A DNA stretch of 32,000 bases from Psychrobacter sp. DM4 (GTDB taxonomy: Bacteria > Pseudomonadota > Gammaproteobacteria > Pseudomonadales > Moraxellaceae), in assembly GCF_051307035.1 (NCBI RefSeq), contig NZ_CP195536.1, positions 1,740,001 through 1,772,000 of the forward strand, given 5' to 3'. Shown in pieces: positions 26,978 to 32,000 of the stretch. The notes beneath the pieces were generated by a model. The model searched no databases. It was given only the letters and a program-made list of their open reading frames with translations, and was not told the DNA's origin. The number at the start of each line of letters is the position of its first letter. Positions within the stretch are counted from its first letter, which is position 1. The translations under genes were made by a program, and so were the position numbers.

Positions 26978-27646
26978 ATGTCCCCCTCTGCCCCTTACCC
27001 CCAAGTCAAAGCTCCTATTCTCTCGGACAGCCTGAGTGCGTTAGGGTTAAGCGCCAAGACATTGTTTTTTGCTTTAAATTATGAATTTACCGAGATTGAA
27101 CCTACAGGATTACTCAAGCGCTTCAAAAAAGACCAAGGCGCTATAGATCTCGATATCGCCTGTGTACTATACGACAAGCACTGTACTATTGATGATATCG
27201 TTTGGTTCAAGCAGTTACGTGATAAAGCTGAGTCGGTAAGGCATCAAGGAGATAGTCTCAACAGCAAAGATCGAGGCGATCAGTCTTTGTACCGTGCGCC
27301 GCTCGACCAAGAGCAGATTCGCCTCTCTCTAGTTGATATCCCAGAACATATCGAGCATATCGCGATGTTGGTCAGCTCTTATCATGGTCATCCTTTAGGC
27401 AAGCTCAATGCGGGTGAAGTGCACTTGAGTGATGATGAAGGCAATCGCGCTTTTGAGGTCAACCTAAGACAGTCTCCTCGCGATTGTAGCGCGGTATGGA
27501 TAGCCAGTATGCGCCGCGGTATCGACGACTGGCAGCTGACTTTACAAAATCTACCTTTGAATGAGCATGACATATCTAAAGCAGCTCAACTTGTAGCGCA
27601 CGAGCTTGCCCGTGTACTACCCATGCCGCAAGCTATCAGCAGCTAG
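26978..27646 (+). CDS. divergent TerD-domain (TerD/TerZ/CABP1 family) protein
   Basis: 222 aa. The pattern is collinear with TerD: DLDIACVLYD, IVWFKQL, SVRHQGDS, DQEQIRLSLVDIPEHIEHIAMLV, GEVHLSDDEGNRAFEVNL and AVWIASMRRGIDDWQL. AAGGA lies 5 nt upstream of the ATG. The start is 26 nt after the WYL gene stop. Confidence 0.62.
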   Translation: MSPSAPYPQVKAPILSDSLSALGLSAKTLFFALNYEFTEIEPTGLLKRFKKDQGAIDLDIACVLYDKHCTIDDIVWFKQLRDKAESVRHQGDSLNSKDRGDQSLYRAPLDQEQIRLSLVDIPEHIEHIAMLVSSYHGHPLGKLNAGEVHLSDDEGNRAFEVNLRQSPRDCSAVWIASMRRGIDDWQLTLQNLPLNEHDISKAAQLVAHELARVLPMPQAISS

Positions 27647-27655
27647 CCACTTAAC

Positions 27656-27703
27656 GTGAACATAAATCTTGGTGAATATAAGTTTTAGTGAACATATAAC
27701 TTA
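27656..27703. repeat. degenerate 16-bp tandem repeat, 3 copies (GTGAAYATA...)
   Basis: The units are GTGAACATAAATCTTG, GTGAATATAAGTTTTA and GTGAACATATAACTTA, at exact 16-nt spacing with 11-13/16 pairwise identity. The array starts 10 nt after the TerD-like stop. Confidence 0.6.
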
Positions 27704-27714
27704 CGTATCACTAT

Positions 27715-27752
27715 AAAAAAGGGGCGAGACTGTTTAGCATCTCACCCCTTTT
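27715..27752. terminator. bidirectional rho-independent terminator between convergent TerD-like and K+ channel genes
   Basis: A6 is followed by the stem GGGGCGAGA / TCTCACCCC (one C-A mismatch, 10-nt loop) and then T4. It reads as a hairpin plus U-tract on both strands. Confidence 0.7.
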
Positions 27753-27772
27753 ATGCAAATATATTTAAACTT

Positions 27773-28753
27773 TTATTCTAAAGACTCACCGCAGTGCGGA
27801 CAGAAATTCTTTTTACGCATCTCTTTTTCGCGCCGTTCAAGCTCTTGCTCCCGCAATACTTGTAGTACAATATCCTGAGCTTGCTCTCTATCTAATCCAA
27901 GCTCACGGCGAATCTTATCAATCATCACCTGGTTTTGTACTAGATCAAAATCACTATCGACCAGCTGCTCACGAAAGTCCTGTTCTAACTCGTCTCGGCG
28001 CTGAGCAAGCTCATTGGCCAGACCTGTCGCCAAAATACCAGCAGGCAGAGCGGCAAGACCCACACCCAGTATAGTGATAATCGCGCCTAGTATTTTACCA
28101 GCGGTAGTGATGGGTATCACATCACCGTAGCCCACAGTCGTTAAGGTGACAACAGCCCACCACATCGCTTTGGGTATTGACTCAAACTCATCGGGCTGTG
28201 CGTGATTTTCAACCAAATAGATGCCACTTGATGCGGTAACTATCATAATAATTAGGATAAATATAACCGCTTGAAAAGAGCCTTTCTCCTTGCTCAAAAC
28301 GACAAGCAAGATACGCATTGAGGCAAAGTAACGTGTCAATTTTAAGATTCTAAACAGACGTAGAATGCGTAAGAATCGCAAATCGATAGTGACAAAGAAA
28401 TTCAAAAACGCAGGAGCAATGGCTATCAGATCAATAAGTGCTGAAGGGCTTTTTAGCCACTCCCAGCGCTGTCGCCATGTTGTATTGTCAGGTTTGGCTT
28501 CAGCCACACTCCATAATCGCAGTAGATACTCGATAGAAAATACAATAATCGAGAAGTTCTCAAATAGAGTAAAATACTCTTGATAAGGGTAGTACCAGTG
28601 ATCTACGGACTCAGCAATGACAGCTGCCACGTTCGTCATAATCAAAAAGATTAAAAAGTAGTCGATGTAACGACTCAGCCAAGTATCGTGGTCATCATTT
28701 TGTAGCACATCATAAACAAAATGACGCAAGCGCCGTACAGGGTGGAATAGCAT
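27773..28753 (-). CDS. voltage-gated (Kv-type) K+ channel, 6TM, with coiled-coil tail ending in a CPHC knuckle
   Basis: 326 aa. The S4 segment RFLRILRLFRILKLTRYF has six basic residues at 3-residue spacing. The K+ selectivity filter is TLTTVGYGD. The charged C-terminal tail ends ...KKNFCPHCGESLE. These are the only two Cys in the protein. Confidence 0.9.
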   Translation of the reverse strand: MLFHPVRRLRHFVYDVLQNDDHDTWLSRYIDYFLIFLIMTNVAAVIAESVDHWYYPYQEYFTLFENFSIIVFSIEYLLRLWSVAEAKPDNTTWRQRWEWLKSPSALIDLIAIAPAFLNFFVTIDLRFLRILRLFRILKLTRYFASMRILLVVLSKEKGSFQAVIFILIIMIVTASSGIYLVENHAQPDEFESIPKAMWWAVVTLTTVGYGDVIPITTAGKILGAIITILGVGLAALPAGILATGLANELAQRRDELEQDFREQLVDSDFDLVQNQVMIDKIRRELGLDREQAQDIVLQVLREQELERREKEMRKKNFCPHCGESLE

Positions 28754-28933
28754 GCCGTTCCTATGCGGTGTAAAACCGATCTAGTATAAAAAATCATTGA
28801 GCAAACCAGTCAACAAAATATCATATTAAAAGATAATTTGTCGACATTGCTATAAAAGCGCCTGATTTACTTTTATGGACACTAGGGCGTGTTTATATTG
28901 TCAAAATAACGTTAGAAATTAACTGACAGTCAA

Positions 28934-29161
28934 TTAATAAGAGACTGTGTAATAAAAATAAACTAAGACCAATAATACAATCACCGTCATTATCAAAATA
29001 GCCTGTAAGACACGGTGATCAATACGTAGGTTACGGCTGACATCCTTTGCAGGTATCAAGGATAAGCCGCAATCAGGACAGTAGTTATCAGACTGATTGA
29101 GCGAAGTCATATCATAAGCATTTTTACAGCGAAGTGGGGAGTTACTACAGTATCCAATCAT
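28934..29161 (-). CDS. putative zinc-ribbon miniprotein with C-terminal transmembrane helix
   Basis: 75 aa. It has four Cys (C5, C12, then CPDC at 28-31) and a C-terminal hydrophobic helix AILIMTVIVLLVLVYFYY. The SD is weak or distant (AAGGGG 13 nt upstream), so coding status is uncertain. Confidence 0.4.
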   Translation of the reverse strand: MIGYCSNSPLRCKNAYDMTSLNQSDNYCPDCGLSLIPAKDVSRNLRIDHRVLQAILIMTVIVLLVLVYFYYTVSY

Positions 29162-29359
29162 AACGTATTTATAACCCCTTACTCTTTATATAAACCGCTT
29201 TTTTGAAAATTTATCATGTATTTAAGGACCATCATTCTAATAAAAATTGAAGCCATATACGATAATAATATGTAACACTAGGGATTTTTTGTCGTTTACC
29301 CTATTTTTGTGCAGCTTGCTTAGGCATATCTATAAGCGACCATTTATCAGTATCCTTAC

Positions 29360-29387
29360 AAAAAAACCAGCCTTAAGCTGGTCTTTT
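29360..29387 (-). terminator. rho-independent terminator of aceF
   Basis: On the minus strand ACCAGC-TTAAG-GCTGGT is followed by seven T. It lies ~60 nt downstream of the aceF stop at 29449. Confidence 0.7.
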
Positions 29388-29448
29388 ACCTGTGAATTAT
29401 TCAAAAAGATTCAGTATAGAGAGTCTTTTTGAGTTTTATGACTAGTTC

Positions 29449-31233
29449 TCACAACAAGATACGACGCGGATCAGCAAGCAAAGTCGTGATATAGCGAGTA
29501 AAGACAGCCGCATCAGCGCCATTGATGACGCGGTGATCATAAGATAAGGATAGTGGTAACATGAGACGCGGCTCAAAGGCTTGCTTACCCTCATTCCAAC
29601 GCGGCTGCATACTTGCTTCAGACACGCCCAAAATTCCCACCTGTGGCCAGTTTACTAGAGGTGTAAAGGCCGTGCCGCCCAAGTTACCTTGACTCGATAT
29701 CGTAAAGCTAGCTCCTTGCAGATCTTTGGTGCCAAGCTTCTTGTCACGAGCTTTTGCTGCCAGCTCGCCGATCTCAATAGCAATTTGCTTGAGGCCTTTA
29801 TCTTGCGCATCTTTGATGACGGGTACTATAAGTCCATCATCAGTGGCAACCGCAATACCTATATTGACGCTTTTACGTAAGATGACTTGTGTGTTGTCAT
29901 CACTCAAATGACTATTGAACCGCGGATGCTGCGTCAGTGCATAAGCCGTTGCCTTAACGATAAAGGCCAGTATCGTAAAACCAATACCCTCAGCCTTCAT
30001 ACCACCTTTGAGCTCACCGCGTAGCTTTTCGGTCTCAGTGATGTCGGATAAATCAAACTGCGTTACTTGCGGCAAATAAGTATTATAGTTGAGCTGCGGG
30101 ATAGAGACCTTTTGCAAGCGGCTCAAATCTACTGTTTCGCTCTCGCCCCAGATCTCGATATTACTCATATCAGGCAAACTGGGTAGTCCTGAGCTGACGT
30201 GTCCGCTACTAGTGGGCGCAGCTTTTTGCGTGGTTATACGATCTTTAACATGAGCGAACAGATCTTCTTTTAAGATACGATCGTTGAGTGCTGAACCATC
30301 GACTTGAGTGATATCGACGCCCAATTGACGCGCCAGCTTGCGTACGGCAGGGCCTGCATACACTTCAGTCAGTTTTTGATTGATCTCGCTTTCTGTCAAT
30401 TTGCTATCAGAGGACTTCTGAGCCGCTTGTTTTGGCTCACCATTGGTTTGTTTTTGCGCAGATGCGGCGGTAGAGGCATTGTTATCTGAACGATCTTTAG
30501 ATTCTGACTGAGAAGGCTCAGATTCTGTGCTTTGAGATGACTTGCTCTTAGAATCTCTATCTTGGGACGACTCAGTATCAGCTTTGTCGCTATCACTACT
30601 CTGTGAGCCACTACCTTTGATAACGATAAAGTCTTGACCATTAGCCACCATGTCACCAGCTTCAACCAAAATTTTCTCAATAGTACCTGCTTCTGGCGCA
30701 GGCACTTCAACCGAGGCTTTATCCGACTCAACTAATAGTATCGACTGATCAGCGCTCACCGTATCGCCGACGCTGACCATAATCTCAGCAACTTGCGCTT
30801 CATCAACGCCTAGATCAGGCAAGGCATGAGTCGTAGCAGTACCTGATTGAGCAGCAGGTTTATCTTTATTTGATTCATTTGCGTGATCTGTACTTTTATT
30901 ATCTGCTTCTTGCTTATCTTTAGCGTCAGGCTCAGACTCTTCTTCCCTGTTTTTCTCTACGCTATTTTCATCTGTGCTTTGATTATCGTCTTGATTATCT
31001 TGACTGTCATCACTTTCAAGCGCAATCAGTACCATACCTTCGCTGACTTGGTCGCCGACAGCCACATTTATACTAGTGACTTTACCAGCGGCTGAGCTTG
31101 GCACTTCAACGGACGCTTTGTCAGACTCTATCAAAATAATGTTGTCGTCTTTTGCAATAACGTCACCGATTGCTACCATGATCTCACTGACTTCAGCACT
31201 ATCAACACCTAAATCTGGGGCTTTAATATCCAT
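29449..31233 (-). CDS. aceF: dihydrolipoyllysine-residue acetyltransferase, E2 of pyruvate dehydrogenase (two lipoyl domains)
   Basis: Two lipoyl domains carry ESDKASVEVP. The E1/E3-binding domain is AGPAVRKLARQLGVDI. The catalytic domain has SLSYDHRVINGADAA. The ORF is open to ATG 31242. The second ATG at 31233 (MDIKAPDLG) has AAGGA 8 nt upstream and is preferred. Confidence 0.95.
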   Translation of the reverse strand: MDIKAPDLGVDSAEVSEIMVAIGDVIAKDDNIILIESDKASVEVPSSAAGKVTSINVAVGDQVSEGMVLIALESDDSQDNQDDNQSTDENSVEKNREEESEPDAKDKQEADNKSTDHANESNKDKPAAQSGTATTHALPDLGVDEAQVAEIMVSVGDTVSADQSILLVESDKASVEVPAPEAGTIEKILVEAGDMVANGQDFIVIKGSGSQSSDSDKADTESSQDRDSKSKSSQSTESEPSQSESKDRSDNNASTAASAQKQTNGEPKQAAQKSSDSKLTESEINQKLTEVYAGPAVRKLARQLGVDITQVDGSALNDRILKEDLFAHVKDRITTQKAAPTSSGHVSSGLPSLPDMSNIEIWGESETVDLSRLQKVSIPQLNYNTYLPQVTQFDLSDITETEKLRGELKGGMKAEGIGFTILAFIVKATAYALTQHPRFNSHLSDDNTQVILRKSVNIGIAVATDDGLIVPVIKDAQDKGLKQIAIEIGELAAKARDKKLGTKDLQGASFTISSQGNLGGTAFTPLVNWPQVGILGVSEASMQPRWNEGKQAFEPRLMLPLSLSYDHRVINGADAAVFTRYITTLLADPRRILL

Positions 31234-31288
31234 CTTGTCCATCCTTGTCTTTTAATTTCCTAGTCATGTGATTACTAGTCATATGGTT

Positions 31289-32000
31289 TTATTCTGCGAC
31301 GTCATCATCATTGAGCAAAGCTGCATCAGCTTGATCTTCGGCACGGCCTTCACTAGTGATCTCGTCGTCGTCTTCACCGACAAACTCAGGTACAGGATTT
31401 GGGTTAATATTATCAGAAGCTGGCGCTGGCGCATCTGGGAAATGGTCATAGTGCGGCTGCGTCTGCCACGCAGGTGGCTGGTCGGCATCGATATCGAAGC
31501 TGGAGATGGCGTCTTTGACCAAGCGCATCTCAACCTCGCCTTCATCAGCTAAGCGCTTAAGAGTCGCTACCACGATGTGCGCTGCATCGACATGAAAGAA
31601 GCTACGCAGCTGCTCTCGGGTGTCTGAGCGTCCATAGCCATCAGTACCAAGGGTAGTAAAGGGGCGATTGTCAGGCAGCCAAGCGCGAATTTGCTCTGAG
31701 TAGTTGCGCATGTAGTCGGTCGCCGCCACTACGATACCTTCGTGCGGAGCAAGCTGTTCTGTGATCCATGAGACCTTTTCTTCTTCCATAGGGTGCAGGC
31801 GATTGTAGTCATCACAGGCCATACCATCACGAGTAAGCTCATTGAAGCTGGTCACGCTCCAAACGTTGGAGGTAATATTGAACTCCTCTTTGAGTATTTT
31901 TGACGCTTTTTGTACTTCGCGCAAGATAACCCCTGAGCCTAGCAGTTGTACTTGGCTTGAGCCGTTGTCCTCTAACAGATACATGCCGCGCTTGATACCT
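31289..32000 (-). CDS. aceE: pyruvate dehydrogenase E1 component, C-terminal part (gene continues beyond the right window edge)
   Basis: ATDYMRNYSEQIRAWLP...LGTDGYGRSDTREQLRSFFHVDAAHIVVATLKRLADEGEV is collinear with the E. coli AceE C-terminus. The frame is open to position 32000. About 56 extra acidic residues follow the normal C-terminus. Confidence 0.95.
   Translation of the reverse strand, partial: GIKRGMYLLEDNGSSQVQLLGSGVILREVQKASKILKEEFNITSNVWSVTSFNELTRDGMACDDYNRLHPMEEEKVSWITEQLAPHEGIVVAATDYMRNYSEQIRAWLPDNRPFTTLGTDGYGRSDTREQLRSFFHVDAAHIVVATLKRLADEGEVEMRLVKDAISSFDIDADQPPAWQTQPHYDHFPDAPAPASDNINPNPVPEFVGEDDDEITSEGRAEDQADAALLNDDDVAE

Noticed and set aside
22667-29161. Calling the 22.6-29.2 kb region a mobile genomic island or prophage remnant
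   Set aside because: I recognised no integrase, transposase, tRNA/tmRNA target, flanking direct repeats or phage structural genes. I treat it only as a candidate accessory neighbourhood.
29247-29432. 61-aa plus-strand ORF in the aceF-downstream intergenic region
   Set aside because: It starts at a TTG with no SD and runs straight through the aceF terminator hairpin (29360-29387). Its composition looks like translated AT-rich spacer.
30396-30731. 111-aa alternative-frame ORF inside aceF, plus the 31268-31552 / 31279-31545 ORFs over the aceE tail
   Set aside because: These are shadow ORFs over low-complexity linker and tail DNA. The aceF and aceE frames carry the diagnostic lipoyl, catalytic and E1 motifs.

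Overview
Gene content and protein sequences suggest a chromosomal segment from a moderately AT-rich gammaproteobacterium, probably Moraxellaceae/Psychrobacter-like. That assignment is inference only. Most of the window is ordinary housekeeping. It holds ilvD, a CPA1-type cation/proton antiporter, a serine hydrolase and a CX4R phosphatase-like protein. It also holds a divergent thiolase / two-domain FabG4-like reductase / MaoC dehydratase cluster, ppk2, pilZ-holB, kdsB-lpxK-msbA-exbD-exbB, parB-parA-rsmG and aceF-aceE. I recognised no rRNA, tRNA, CRISPR array, transposase or integrase. The non-housekeeping stretch runs from about 22.6 to 29.2 kb. It starts with a 968-aa YcbZ/LonH-type Lon-like protease carrying a low-complexity insert and a polybasic tail. 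Next come a 16-bp x4.3 tandem array, GATAA-type inverted repeats, and an HTH-WYL regulator tightly coupled to a divergent TerD-like protein. A second, degenerate 16-bp x3 array and a bidirectional terminator follow. Convergent to these are a Kv-type K+ channel ending in a lone CPHC knuckle and a zinc-ribbon/TM miniprotein. My best candidate for an undescribed system is the WYL-TerD-like cassette, possibly together with these neighbours. This rests on motif reading by eye, not on database searches. Two other points stand out. A 275-bp MITE-like, highly structured element sits directly upstream of the antiporter gene. Several housekeeping proteins (thiolase, HolB, ParB, Lon-like, AceF, AceE) carry K/S/T/D-rich low-complexity insertions or tails.
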